A stretch of DNA of 64,000 bases from Nemertoderma westbladi (GCA_032718475.1 JAUCBJ010007248.1:1-64000); one strand, 5' to 3'; counted from the stretch's first letter, positions 50,394 through 63,082 are shown. Program-made: numbers and translations. The notes: a model not told the origin generated them from the letters alone.

Positions 50394-53030
50394 TTACTTA
50401 TCCTTTAATAGCTGTCTTTCCTTAAAACTTCTGATACTATCTACGCGCCTTTCGTCAGTTTTGTCGCGCTGTGTATTGTTGAAAAAAATATTAACAATAG
50501 TGCGGTGCAATATGTCTACTAGATGATTATGGTTATCACAAAAAGAAATATCTTCAGAGTGGTGTAGACCATAAGTCTTTAAAAAATGTAATGCTAACTT
50601 TCGTGCAGGAACTTTAGAACTATAAAATAAAGTTTCTACACATTCCAGCCTAATAAAGCAGCTGGCTATGCTATTAGTGAACTCATCACTCGGAACTTTA
50701 AGTCCACTTCGGTTGAGGATATTAATATATTCGTTCGACTCACTAGAAATAGAATCTTCAACTTCTACCATAACTAAAGTGGGACAGTACTTGCAGGATT
50801 TGAACTCCTTAGAATCCTTACTATGCAGTTTTCTAATTAAATAACCAGCAATGTATCTTACAACTTCTAGACTTTCACCTTGAATTTGCGATTCTAGAAT
50901 AGAGTTTTCTAAGCAGCATACAGCAATGTCAAATTCATGAAATGATTCAACTTCCTTGCGGGCATCAGGCTTTATAGAATCCTCAGCCCAGAAATCGATT
51001 TCGCTATGCAAGAGAGTACGTAAACGGGAAATACGTTCAGAATTGTTTACCTCGAGTAAAGAAACCAAAAAACGCCCGCCGCTCATTTGTCTATATTGTG
51101 AATATCTCAATTCGAGAGGGTCCGAACTTAGTCTAGATGTTAACACATACTGAAATCCTTCAGCCAATAAATCATCAATCAAATCTGCTGAGCCACGTAG
51201 CGTTTGAATGAAGGCATTTCCCGTCTGTGGTGTTAATGTGTTCCCACGCCAGCTATCGTACGTATTACCCAATTGCCAAGTACTAATCCAGTCTGCCAAA
51301 ACACGAAAAAACGTAGTTTTGTTATCACCCTGTTCAACTGCATTTCCGAGATAATTGTTGGGATGGTATCTTTGTTTGGAATTGCTAATGATCCACCAGT
51401 TATGAATAAGCGATAAAAACTTAGCTGAGGAAATTCGGTTGGGAAAATATCTCAACATAGCGACTGTAGTCTGCTCATCGAAAATAGCCAATGCCAGCGG
51501 TACTGACTGTTTATTGTTGCCTGGGTGGATTGCTCTGTATGTTAACATGGGGGCCATGTGCAAATGGGAATCTAGCTGATCTTTATCGTGCAAGTCAAAG
51601 AGATCTTTCCACCGACATTGACCCTTAGGCAAAGATATGATATCTTTAAAAGCATTAAAACAAAATGCTGGAAAATAAAATACTTTCCCATTTAGAAGAC
51701 TGTTTCGTAAATTCTTTAATAAATGCACGTTATCGTAGAGTAAGTAAACCTTGAATCCACTGAAAGTTATTACACGGTTCATTAAGTTGTCAAGTGGATA
51801 ACTTCGATGACATTCTAGTGGGGGATACTTTTTAAATAGGTTTGCAAACATGGATACATTAACCGACAGATTATCGGTTATTATTTACCTTTAGACCAAT
51901 GTCTAGACATTGTTGAAGAACAGAAACGGTTTCATCGGTTTGCCAACTAGATCTGAGGCTTACTATAGGTACTGAATGGACAATGTAAGAAACTCCTTTC
52001 ATCAGACTAACGACCATAAAACAAACAATCTCTGTGTATTCATTCCTATAAGTTCGCCTTGGCTGTAAGTTACGGCTTTCTCTAATTTCATTCCATCTAT
52101 TAATAATACAACATCCTTATCTATAGTCCCTTTTTCGATCAAAGCCGAAAGAGCTCGTAAGGCATCCACACCACCAGATTGGAGTTTATTTAATACCGAT
52201 ATTGAAGGCAATTTTACCTCCTTTAGTAATAATCGATAAGATTGAGCTGATGTGTAACGCATCATAAGAGCGAAACGGATAACGTTATGAGAATAAGGTG
52301 GTCTGCCGTATTTATCATAATGTTGCACTTTCAATACCTCTTCAAAAATATGCGAACGATTCAAGTTTCCAATGTTGCGCAAATAGGTGACAAAGTTTTC
52401 AATTTGCGTCAAATTGGTCAACTTCGCAGAGGAAGATTTCGTAAACCAAAGTGGCAATGGAACTGGTCGCTGAGCATAATCAAGTTTTACATGCAGATCG
52501 GGCGTTATTTTAATAACCTCCCAGAGTTTAGGCATCCCACGCTCGCCATCTATTTCCAACCGATAAAGAAGTAATCTATCCTCATTTTTGTCAAACGTAT
52601 AACCAGAAGGACAGCAATTGATGGTTAGGTCTGCGAAAGTTGAGACTTTATACCGGCTATTGAATTCCTTTATTTCGTCGGGTTGGTAAACTCTAGGCGT
52701 TGGCTCCTTCCGTGGCTGTTTAACAGTAGGTGTTAAAGAATCTGGTGTTCCTGGAGTCGCGATATTTGGTACTGGCGAAATAGACCAGTCTAAAGCAACA
52801 TTTCCAGCTGGTGTTATCTTAAGGAATTGCTGTTCGAAGTGATCACTGCAGATTCGCGAATGAGTTGACACCGAAAAATCTTGCCTGTTCACGAATTTAA
52901 CCCATCGCTGTTTTAAATCCTCATTGCTGGGGAACATAAAGCTTGGCTTCCGAGGCTGACCTTTATACCCGGTTTTACAATTATATATACAGCATTTATT
53001 AACCATACTGAGCATTGAATTTACTGACAA
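50394..53030 (-). pseudogene. THAP-domain P-element-family (THAP9-like) transposase, frameshifted at ~51850-52040
   Basis: N-terminal THAP finger CCIYNC..FPS..W..ICSDHF; LPSISVL; VLLIDGM; ITDN in the gap; DNVHLLKNLRN; SDPLELRYSQYRQMSGG; YIAGY. TIRs not found. Confidence 0.9.
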
Positions 53031-53719
53031 AACATATAGGCCTAGCAGTTTAGTCTAGGCTACTGTTGTGCGTTGTATTGGGTATTACTGTATTAGATGC
53101 CTACCCAGCAGCCCAGTTACCTCCAGAGCAAATTGCAAATCTCGCTTTCTGAGGCAGGTTGTAGGGTCGAGGTTAGGGTCTGAACTTACAACCTTACAAG
53201 AGCGGCGTCCCGATAAACCATAATTAAAATTGTTACCGGTACATAACCTGTAACCCTAACCTTACATTCCTAAAGCCCGAAGTGGTGCTGAGGCTCTAAT
53301 CTAATTAGAAGGGCATGACAATATTACTTAGGCCTATGGTTTTGGCATGACCAACTACCGGTAACTAGCTAGGTATTGATACAGACACACACAGCCTAAG
53401 ACTCTGACAATGGACAATACCGACAGCGGATTATATTACAGTATTACAGTAGTAACTGCTGACCTGTCTGCCTGTACCGGTAGGCCTACCCTATACCGCA
53501 TCCAGCATGAGTCAGTCAGACAGACAACAGGTAACAGAATCCAAATTCTAAAACTAATGGCCTTGATTTTCGAGGCCTGATAAGGTGACCTATCAGGCCG
53601 TATAATATAGTAGCCCATGCTACTACCTCCAAAGTGCCAATTTTCCTTAGTCTTATTTTATTTCTCTTATGTTCCCCCCTGAGTAGTAGCCTAAACAACT
53701 TCATTGAAACAGCGTCTGC

Positions 53720-53951
53720 CATAGTCTGCTATGTTAAACACTACCGAATGGCTCCTGCCCCTCCCACTTACTATGGTTACCATTGTGTATATGTGACATA
53801 CGTTACCACTGTGTATATGTAACATATGCGGTATAAGGGCAGCCCACAGACGGAAGTAATTTAATTAATTCATGTCTACTGCTTGGTGTTTGACCTTGAA
53901 AAGTAGGTGGGTTGCAGACGTTTGGTAAAGTCTTTAACATGATAGACTATG
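53720..53951. mobile_element. Small MITE with CATAG...CTATG termini
   Basis: CATAGTCTGCTATGTTAAA / TTTAACATGATAGACTATG, imperfect TIR of ~50 bp; no clear TSD. Confidence 0.6.
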
Positions 53952-54189
53952 ACAGTCGCAACATCTAAAAGGTAAATAAACACTGACTAGCGCCAGCCGA
54001 CAATACCACAATTCTATACTTATCGCTAAGCAACAAGTTGTGGGGCGAGCCGCGTAGTGAGTATAAGGTTATAGTATTTATAATATTATTTTAATTTGAT
54101 TATTCTACCTATGGGGCGAGCCATGAAGTGAGTGATAGCATCGAAGTAAGGTTATTGTATTTATAATATTATTATTTTAATTTGATCAT

Positions 54190-55278
54190 TTACTTAAATC
54201 CGTTAAAACTGAAAGTATTTTGTTTGGTTCCAAAAGAAAGTTAAAGAAGGTAACTAAGTTTGAAGTCACTAGTAATGGACATAAGATTGAAAATAAAAAG
54301 GAAGTTAAATATTTAGGCGCCACATTGGATAACTGCTTATCAGGAGAAAGTACAGTGAAAAATATTTTCTCGAAAGTTAACAGTAGGCTTAGGTTTCTAT
54401 ACAGAAATAAAAATAGTTTGAACACCGACTCCCGCAAGTTACTTTGCTCTTCTTTAATACAGTGTCACATGGACTATGCGTGCTCTTCTTGGTATGAAGG
54501 CTTAACCAAACAGCTTAAATGTAAATTACAAGTAGCTCAGAATAAAGTAGTACGATTTATTAAAGACTACAAACCTAGGCACCACCTAACTCCAGATGAC
54601 TTTTCTGAATCTGGACTACTTAACTTAGATAGTAGAGTTAAGCAGCTACGCCTTAACCATGTGCATAAAGTGTATAATGGTAAATGTCCCAATTACCTAA
54701 AACAAAAATTCAACAGAGTACGCGATACACACTCTTACAGTACCAGAGCTAGTGCTTCAAACTTCTACCTCCCGAATTGTAAATCCTTCGAATCTGATAC
54801 TTTCTTTTTTAACGGTATTAAAAATTGGAACGCTCTGCCTAATGAAATTAAAAACCTAAATAATCAACATTCTTTTAAATCTGCAGTTAAATCTCACCTC
54901 CATGTGCAATGTAAAAATAGGTACAATAGTCCTACAGTAAGTTATTAGTTTATTAATTATTTACAATTTATACTGTAATTACGTTTTATAATAAATTGTT
55001 CTGTACATTACATCTTTATCGTTGAGTCGGGCATTGTCACGCTCTCGGTAAAGTTGTACATGTACATAGTGTAATTACGTTTTATATTGGTTTTAGGTTA
55101 GCGTAGTGTAATATTGTATTTGTAACCAAGTAACATAAAGGACCCCCTTGGAAATAAGCTGCAAAGCTTTAGGGGTAATCCTATATGTTATGTTGGACAA
55201 TACCTTTATACCGGTACATTGTTTGGTGTATTTGTTATTGTTTTTACATAATGTATAAATAAATCTATCTATCTATCT
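54190..55278 (+). mobile_element. 5'-truncated L2-group (Crack/Daphne-like) LINE: ORF2 C-terminus (54220-54948), 3' UTR and tail
   Basis: KTESILFGSK, VKYLGATLD, LIQCHMDYACSSWY, LQVAQNKVVRFI, HSYSTR, WNALP; ends AATAAA(TCTA)n. Confidence 0.9.
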
Positions 55279-55706
55279 ATGTTACCGCTTTATTTAAAAA
55301 TTTCTCCCACCACCTCATCCGCTTATCCCGCTATCACCATCCACCCAATCTTCTTCCTCATGCTCAGCATCATTACCACCACCACCATAACCCAACATCT
55401 CCATCATTCCTTCCAACATTGTAAAAATGGGGCGAGCCATGAAGCGAGTGAAGCCTTAGCATATGGGTGCCATTAATGAGTTGTGGGGCGAGCTACGACG
55501 AAGTAAGGTTATTGTATTTATAATATGATCATTATACCAACAAATATTTCAACCGATAATTCATTATACCAACAAATAATTTAACAAATTTATAATTTTC
55601 TACCATAAAATAATAATAATTTTTTAACCATGTCTGACTCGTTACAGCGACACCACCTACGAAAGCGACCTATTTATAATAATAAAGTTTCTACCGCTCA
55701 AAAGAT

Positions 55707-55967
55707 TCACACTGAATGTTTAATCTTCTTTATTTGAGGTACGTCTTCATCATCCACGATGTCCTCTTCAAAGTCACTGATATCTTCATACTCATAGCTA
55801 GGTGTTTTATTCACGACAAGATCAATTTTTCGCTTAAGCACTTGTTCTTTCATGGCTTGAGGTGTTTTCATCTGAGCACTTGCATCCCCAACGAGGGTAT
55901 CAATATCCTTATAATCATTCTTTTTTTCAGCGCCACCTCCAAGCTCACTTTCCGCAATCGTTGGCAA
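55707..55967 (-). CDS. Charged low-complexity ORF, possibly the separated C-terminus of the 56004-57020 protein
   Basis: Acidic tract EYEDISDFEEDIVDDEDV and basic KKIK end; starts 37 bp after the upstream stop; no ATG start. Confidence 0.35.
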   Translation of the reverse strand: MPTIAESELGGGAEKKNDYKDIDTLVGDASAQMKTPQAMKEQVLKRKIDLVVNKTPSYEYEDISDFEEDIVDDEDVPQIKKIKHSV

Positions 55968-56003
55968 CCAGATTTTTTTCTCACCTATTTTCTTAGCGGT
56001 GAC

Positions 56004-56957
56004 TTATACTGCCTCGGACGTCTGCAGCTGTCTAGCGTTGTTCAGCATTTCCACTTTCATGAGTTCCTCGTCCGCTAATTCATCAATCGCAGCCTCAACA
56101 ACTAACTTTTTAATCGGTAGAAAGTCACACCTAGTCGGAATATCGTGGCCCGCATACTTCTGTAATTCCTTAATTATCTTGACATCTGCGTTGTTTCGAG
56201 GGATGAAAATAACCTTGGTGTCGAAGTTGTGGGACAAATATATCCGTTTTCCGTTAACGATCGATGTGTACCTTATACTAACCTCGTCGATATTCTCCTT
56301 AACATTCTTATCTATGTTAAAGTCGAGCAAACAGAATTCATCCGCTCTGAGATTCAACCCATCGTAATATAGAACACCCTTCCGCTGTCTACCTATATCA
56401 TCCGCTTCCCAAACGCCGACAAATCGTTGCCCTTCAAAGTCGTAGATATATCCAATGTACCCACAATCTTCGAACTCCATAAAATTCTCATCGTGAATTT
56501 CCTTCTGTTTTGGTTCAATACGGGAAAGAACGACTTTGCCGTAGATGCTTTGTAAGACATCTAGAATTCTTCGAGAGATAAAGATTGATGCGCCGTTTTT
56601 CCCAATGCGTAAGTACGCGTGATTTATGGGTGTTATATACAAATTACCTCTGGTATATTCCTTATAATATTCAATAGCTATTTTCTTATAATTGAGGAAG
56701 TCAAATAGGAATCTTATGTTCTGGTAAGTAAGACTTACCGATTCTTGCACGATGTTGCGGCCTTTGTTGGCATCACCCCAACGATTGAATCGAACGTATT
56801 TCCCATTAAATGCTTTTATTTCCATTCCTTCCTCCAAACACTCGAGACTCCACAAACTCTTACCCATAGCCACTGTTACGTATGGGGTGGGTACACTGCT
56901 AGTAGAGCTACTGCTTAATGGCATCATTTTTGGTTGTGGCGGTTTCACAGATTCCAT
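56004..56957 (-). CDS. Unknown Polinton-associated protein with possible tandem PC4-like folds
   Basis: Intact ORF (likely start MESVKPPQ at 56957); segments EIKAFNGKYVRF..SVSLT and YIYDFEGQRFVGV..GLNLRADEF resemble the PC4 pattern by eye. Confidence 0.55.
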   Translation of the reverse strand: MESVKPPQPKMMPLSSSSTSSVPTPYVTVAMGKSLWSLECLEEGMEIKAFNGKYVRFNRWGDANKGRNIVQESVSLTYQNIRFLFDFLNYKKIAIEYYKEYTRGNLYITPINHAYLRIGKNGASIFISRRILDVLQSIYGKVVLSRIEPKQKEIHDENFMEFEDCGYIGYIYDFEGQRFVGVWEADDIGRQRKGVLYYDGLNLRADEFCLLDFNIDKNVKENIDEVSIRYTSIVNGKRIYLSHNFDTKVIFIPRNNADVKIIKELQKYAGHDIPTRCDFLPIKKLVVEAAIDELADEELMKVEMLNNARQLQTSEAV

Positions 56958-57268
56958 CGACAAACTTTGTGAAATATTAAGTGTAAAAATAATCAATAAT
57001 ATTGCGCTAAAACAATGCACGAAAAAATATGAAATAATGAATTAACCCGAATGATGAAATAAAGTATTTTACGACGTATTTATAATATAATGATGGGCTA
57101 TCGGGATAATGGGTATATTTTAACCACTCAACCGGTTTAATCGGTATTGTCCTGAGAGAATTTTTGGGGCAGCTTGAGTCTATAGATAAGATCATTTTTT
57201 CGAATATATTATTCATTATTTCATTTCTTTTCGGAATTTTTTTAGGTAAAATACACCGTAATAAAAAA

Positions 57269-57763
57269 ATGTTTCCAATAACACAACCTGAAAATAGTCA
57301 CTGTGGGCCTAATTCAATTATTCCAATAAAAATTGAATTGTTAACCCCGAAAGCTCGAGTGCCTGTATGTGGATCATATAGTCCAGCTGGGATTGACATA
57401 TATAGCGCTGTGAATAGAACAATAGAGCCACGCTCGCGAATTTTAATTGAGACCGGCGTTAAAATATATGTAGCCACCAATTATTTTGGAAGAATTACAC
57501 CGACTTTTACCTTAGCAAAAATTGAAATCGATGTTGTCGAATGCATACTGGATTCGAGCGTTGCACGCAGTAATATAGATCAACTTGTAATTATATTGAT
57601 TAACAACACATCTAAGGAATACGTTGTAACATCGGGCGATAAAATATGCCAGCTTATATGCCAACAATGTAATGCGGCAATACTCTACGTTTCTAATATT
57701 TATTCGGATGATTATTTCGGGCTTTTACCGACGAATTTAACAACCGTATGGGGAAGAGATTAA
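57269..57763 (+). CDS. Trimeric dUTPase-fold protein, probably catalytically inactive
   Basis: Motif I AGIDI, IETGVKI, motif IV GDKICQLI retained; motif II and III degenerate, motif V absent; ATG at 57269 in frame with the 57164 ORF. Confidence 0.8.
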   Translation: MFPITQPENSHCGPNSIIPIKIELLTPKARVPVCGSYSPAGIDIYSAVNRTIEPRSRILIETGVKIYVATNYFGRITPTFTLAKIEIDVVECILDSSVARSNIDQLVIILINNTSKEYVVTSGDKICQLICQQCNAAILYVSNIYSDDYFGLLPTNLTTVWGRD

Positions 57764-58117
57764 TTCGGCATTTCACCGTACATATTAATAAATATGCGGC
57801 ATTAAACGCATAACACCAAACTCGGTTGGTGACACATGTCAATACTATTTCGGTACTCTTACACGTTTTTATAAAGCCTAGTTAATAGAACATATAAATA
57901 GGATAATTTGTCAGTTCAGTAAATTTTGGTTGGTTAAATGGTTTCTAGTGTAGGGTGGCTGGCTGGGTATTGGATATGTTTATCTACATATAATCTACAG
58001 CATATCTTTCATTGGTATAATATTATTAATTATGGATTAAATTTTAAGCATAAAGCAATATTGTAAATATGTTTCTGTAGCTACGTTAATAAATATATTA
58101 TAATTGTAATAATTGTA

Positions 58118-60788
58118 ATGGCGGAGATTACTTACGTTTTTTGCGGTTGAAATATACTGAAGAAAAATTATTTACAGCATTTACGCACACATTTCGATGG
58201 GTACGTTTGTGATAATTATAATTGCCGAACTACTTCCAAAAGAATAGCAATATTTCACAGTAAAAGATGTTGCGGGTTGTCTCGCCCGAATTATACCTAA
58301 AGCAGTTATACGCTATCCTGCCCAACATGCTCCGAAGATTTCGAAAATTTCGATTCATATATCGAACATAATTGCCATCGAAACCATTACAATTCTCGCA
58401 AACGCAAACATAATCAAAAACAATCAGAACCGACATTTCAACCGGATCTCAACGTTGGTTCGCCTGTAAGCATTACAAACAGCTCAGATACACCCAACGA
58501 AGGTTTTCATCTCTCGAAAACATGTCACGAATCCCGCGTTCAGGAATATACCCATAATGTGCCATCTAATGAGATGTATCCAGATGTACCGAATTATTTA
58601 AATTATATGGGGATATATGCTTCACGTGCTTTTAACTTGACTGCGTCAACTTTTATTGATATGTTTTATAAAGTGTGGGTGATTGCTTCGGTGATAATGG
58701 AGCGCGATGACGCTAATTATACATTACAGGATGAATTCCATTTTACTTCGATCGGTACAGATAATTATATTGAAAATAGCCCGGATTTTGATGCGTGGTA
58801 CTCCACAGTCATTTCCCATATTTGCGAAAAAATATCGCGATTTATTAGACGGGGTAGCGGTTGGAAACTTATAACTGTATCGTGCATTAAACTTTCTATT
58901 GCGTCATACTTGCGATCGGTATATCGTTTTGGACATAGTGGTGATGCCAACCAATCAATCCCAACAAAATTAAAAAATAAACATTGTATAATAAATGTGC
59001 CGTGTAATGGAGGTGAATGTTTTAAGTGGGCGGTCCTGACAGCAAAATTTTCTAAACAATATCAGATGATCACACACTGCGCCATGTTTCACGCCAAAGT
59101 TCTTATAATCAGTATTTAGGGTTTTTTTAATTTAAGCGAATTAGATTCTACCCTATCATGGAAACTAAATATTCTAAAATTTGAAAAAAATAATCCAAAT
59201 TATTTAATAAATTTATTGTATTTCGATAGAAGTAGCGAGAAAATTTCCTTTCTACGACAACCGAGCGCTAAAAAAGCTGAAGGTAAAAGACTGCTAAATT
59301 TATTGCTTATTGAACGCCAAAATTTAACCTCGACAAATCACATCATCGGTGTTTCCAACTTAAATAGATTATTTAACGGTCGTGGGGAAGGCAATAGCGA
59401 CACTCATTGTCTTCGTTGTGAGCGATGTATTCGTGGTTTCTACAGTCCAAATGCGTTAGAACGCCAAGGTGTTGGCAAGGCGGGCGCCAAATAGAGGAGA
59501 TGCCATCTAAACTGAATTTACGGTTTACTAATTACTATAAGTCTGTGAGTACACCTTTTATAGTATATGGGGATTTCGAAGTGGTGCTAGCCCCAGCAAA
59601 TAATATAAAAAAATATTATATAGCCGAACATCTCCCATCGGCGGCTTCATATTTGATTGTCCCTAATAGCGAGTTAATTAACCCGCCAAATTTATTTTTG
59701 TCTACATTTAGACAAAATATTGATAATAACTCGGTACAGAATTTTATCGATAGTCTGGTTTTCGATTTATTTAAGTGCCATGAATGGTCTACCTTTAACA
59801 CACACCACCCCAAACACCTGGATCAGACACAACACCAAGCTTACATACATGCTACGAATTGCTTTAATTGTAAATCATTTTTTCGGGAAGATATAAATCC
59901 AAGTGTAATGCATCACAACCATTACAACGGAGCTTGTGTACGTGTATTTCCTGTAATAAACAATTAAGTGTTAAACGTCACCTATTCCCAGTTGTCTTAC
60001 ATAATTTTTATTTTTATGATTCACATTTAATTTTACAAAAAGGGTTCGCCGATAATAAATATAAAAACTGGGACATTAAAACCATCGCGAAAAATACTGA
60101 AAGGTATATCTCACTCCGCATCGATATTCCAATGTCAGAAGCACGGAAATGGACGTAAGAGGGCTCCCAACCAGCAAATCGATAACTATACGTTTATTGA
60201 TTCATTCGCGTTTATGGGGTTTTCCCTTTCTGCTTTGGCTGGGTTTTTGATGAAAGATGTGGTAGATTTAACAACCGTTATCCCACACACCGTGAAGCAA
60301 ATGAGAAAATTATATCCAAATATAACCGACGAAATTTTACGACGTAAGTCAGTTTTTCCTTATGAATATGTCGATTCATTAAATAAATTGGGGGATACTA
60401 AATTACCGCATCTGAAAGAGTTTTACAGCGAATTAACATTAACATCTATTAGCCCTGAAGAATATACATTTGCTCATCTTTCGTGGGAACAATTTGGATG
60501 TGAGACACTTTTTGATTATTTGGAAGCTTACTTACATCTTGACGTGTTGCTACTGGCCGATATTTTTGAAAATGTTCGTGCTTATTGTACTAAACATTAT
60601 TCGCTCGAGGTCTCGAACTACTATACGATGGCGGGGGTCAGTTGGGACGCAGCCTTGAGATATTCCAAGTCACATATTCGTCTACTCGCAGACCATGAAA
60701 TGTATTTAACATTCGAAAATTCCATTAGGGGCGGAATTTCTTACACCAACCTTCATATCGCAAATTCGAATATACCGGACACAGAAAC
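58118..60788 (+). pseudogene. Protein-primed family B DNA polymerase (Polinton type), multiply frameshifted, truncated by LTR insertion
   Basis: Ordered motifs: N-terminal zinc-finger-like HLRTH, GSGW, CFKWAVL, CERC, PFIVYGDFE (ExoI), HNHYNG..CISCN, HNFYFYDSHL (ExoII), FIDSFAFM, RKSVFPYEY, YLHLDVLLLADIFE (ExoIII), IRGGIS; stops before polymerase motif A. Confidence 0.9.
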
Positions 60789-61371
60789 TGTGACGGGATC
60801 TGTGGAGGATCCCGGTTTATCCGGTTTTTGGTTTCTAGTCTACGCGTCCCCACCGTGTGTGAAAGATATAAAGAGTTCTGGGTTATTGATCGATCGATGT
60901 ATATAAGTTCGGGATATAATATAATAGAGATAATAGCACAAAATGGTTGATGTATGATGTAATGTACCGGTAGGTGATATCTACTGGTGACGGTAGGCGG
61001 AGACGGTAACTAGAGTTCCACTACTGTCCTAACTAGCTGACTTACTACAAGTGAATGAAATATTGCATGGACCGGTAATATATTGCACTGTTGGATAATA
61101 TTGCTCTACCCAGTCGATGCTTCCCCCCTATTGGCTAATATCCTAATTGTCGCCCCTTCACCTTCCCTGGAGTGTTTCCCGTTGCTCCTGTTATTCTCTC
61201 TCTCTCTCAGGGGTGTAACCCCTGACCCCTTTGTGCGTATGTCCTCTGGGGTTTCCTTGTCCCCACTTTATTGGGGTGGTACGAGGTTGATATTGGATAT
61301 CGACCTCGTGTTCCTAATATTGCTTAAAGCTTACTTTATGGGGCTGGTTAGCGGAATTGAATACGCTAACA
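60789..61371 (-). mobile_element. 3' LTR (~583 bp) of an LTR retroelement on the minus strand
   Basis: Plus strand starts TGTGAC where PolB similarity ends and ends GCTAACA; minus strand shows polypurine tract GGGGGGGAG directly before TGTTAGC. Second LTR is outside the window. Confidence 0.8.
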
Positions 61372-62545
61372 CTCCCCCCCATGCTATCTTCCCGGTAAGA
61401 AGATAGCATCCACCTCTAGTGCGCTACAATTCAAATGGATCTCGACCTAGTATCGAGTGTGGGGTGGAACTATTTTTTCAGAGCCGGTTTTCCAGACCAC
61501 CCCCTATGGGTATGATATCGCTACCCTGTCTACCTAGCGTCCCATGTCGGGCCGATCATGCGCTCCTCTCACACGACTTTTGTTTCCCCAACACTTTCGC
61601 CACTCTAACTCCACTCTATTCTCACCCTGACTCTCGCTACTTCTCCTCACCTCTGCTCTAACTTTCGGACTTCCCTGTCCCTCACTCGCCCTCTTGTTCC
61701 CCCCCCCCCCCCCCCACACTTGAATCGCACTCGCACTCTCTCCACACTTCGCACTATCGCTCCATCGCTCGACCCCTCTTTGGCTAACTCACTCATCTCT
61801 GATGAGTCCCATCCCCCTCTCCTGTGCCGTCGCACTCAGGAAATGTGAAGTCGTCTAGTGTCTCGTTCGTCATAGTCAGTCATCCCCCGGTCCAGTAGCT
61901 AATTGGAAAAAGGTTGAGTGACTATAGTACTTACTTCGATTATATTTCGCTAAACTAATAATGATTACTACGTACGTACCTACTAATTGCACTTTTCAAT
62001 TATTTAAATTACTTAAATTTATACTTAGGAGTTCGCACATCTCGCGTGGTGCCTTCCAGGCATATTACTCCGAAGTCCTAGTTCGTTCCACCATCCTTTG
62101 GGAACCACCTCAAGTCTTTCCCTTTGTTGTCCCCCTCCCTGGGTCATTTCCTGGTCACTGCCGCTCCTCTGGTCTTGTCTGCTTTCTGGCTTCTGACTCT
62201 CGCCGCCACCTCCTTACTGATCCCAGTCGTCGACTCCTTGGGTGCCGGTGTTATTAGCTCCCGGTATCGCTTCGCGGGTGGCCCCTCCGAGTGGTCCTGT
62301 TGTCTCCCCCTGATGGCGTCCCATAGGATCATCTTCATTGCCCGCGGCACATGCTCTGCCAAGAAATCCCTAAACTCTCCTCTACTCTGTGGCGTCCACC
62401 TATCCAAATACCTCTGCATATTTTATCACTCCGGCATATGATGCCGCGTTGCCACTTCCTGGTAGGTAAACGGAAGCCTCCGTTTGATAATCTCCATGTG
62501 AGCCTCCTGATTGATGTTAAAGAAGCCCCACCGGAACTCCTGGGC

Positions 62546-63082
62546 CTAAATATGTTGCCGAGTCATCGCCCCGACGTTGGCCCATTCCTCGAAGACCCTA
62601 AACTTCTCTTCGTCGTCCATCCAGTCGCACTGGCGTCCGTAATGTCCCCGAAAGTTACACTTTGAACATCGGTTATGCAACCATGGACACGCCCCCATCC
62701 TGTGGCTCGACTCGCGGCAATAGAGACAACTAGTCCCTTTCTGGAACCGGTATAAACAGCTCCTTTCCTGATGGGTCTGTCTCCCACAGTAATCACAGCT
62801 GACCACCAATGTCTCCCGCCCCACATCGTCTTTCGTCCCAAGCGATCTCCACGGTCTGTGGAGTCGCTGGTAAGCGAACTTCCGGACGTTAGCGTCCCTA
62901 TCTACGTCGATCTCCTCGCCCCTCTCGGGCATCGTCTCCCCGAATACTACCCGTGGTGCCGTCCCCGGTTGCTCGCCCAACCTAATGGTGCTCCCCGCGA
63001 AATCCATCGCCGGCTCCTCGTGCACCCAGGCCCGCTTGCCGGGTCTATCCCAGAAAGCCCTTGCCCCACTGGCCGTCACCAC
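62546..63082 (-). CDS. Triple CCHC zinc-knuckle protein (Gag/nucleocapsid-like)
   Basis: CDYCGRQTHQERSC (CX2CX4HX4C), CLYCRESSHRMGAC, CSKCNFRGHYGRQC. Confidence 0.75.
   Translation of the reverse strand: MVTASGARAFWDRPGKRAWVHEEPAMDFAGSTIRLGEQPGTAPRVVFGETMPERGEEIDVDRDANVRKFAYQRLHRPWRSLGTKDDVGRETLVVSCDYCGRQTHQERSCLYRFQKGTSCLYCRESSHRMGACPWLHNRCSKCNFRGHYGRQCDWMDDEEKFRVFEEWANVGAMTRQHI

Larger units (their letters stand above)
55428..60788. mobile_element. Decayed Polinton/Maverick-like element (left boundary uncertain, may extend to ~54040)
   Basis: Protein-primed PolB fragments plus compact virus-like ORFs; TGGGGCGAGC repeats at ~54041, 54112, 55428 and 55484 on both sides of the LINE. No integrase, ATPase, protease or capsid visible in the window. 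Confidence 0.75.

Noticed and set aside
60789-60906. C-terminal tail of the 60214-60906 PolB ORF
   Set aside because: Read-through into the LTR; PolB similarity ends at ~60788.
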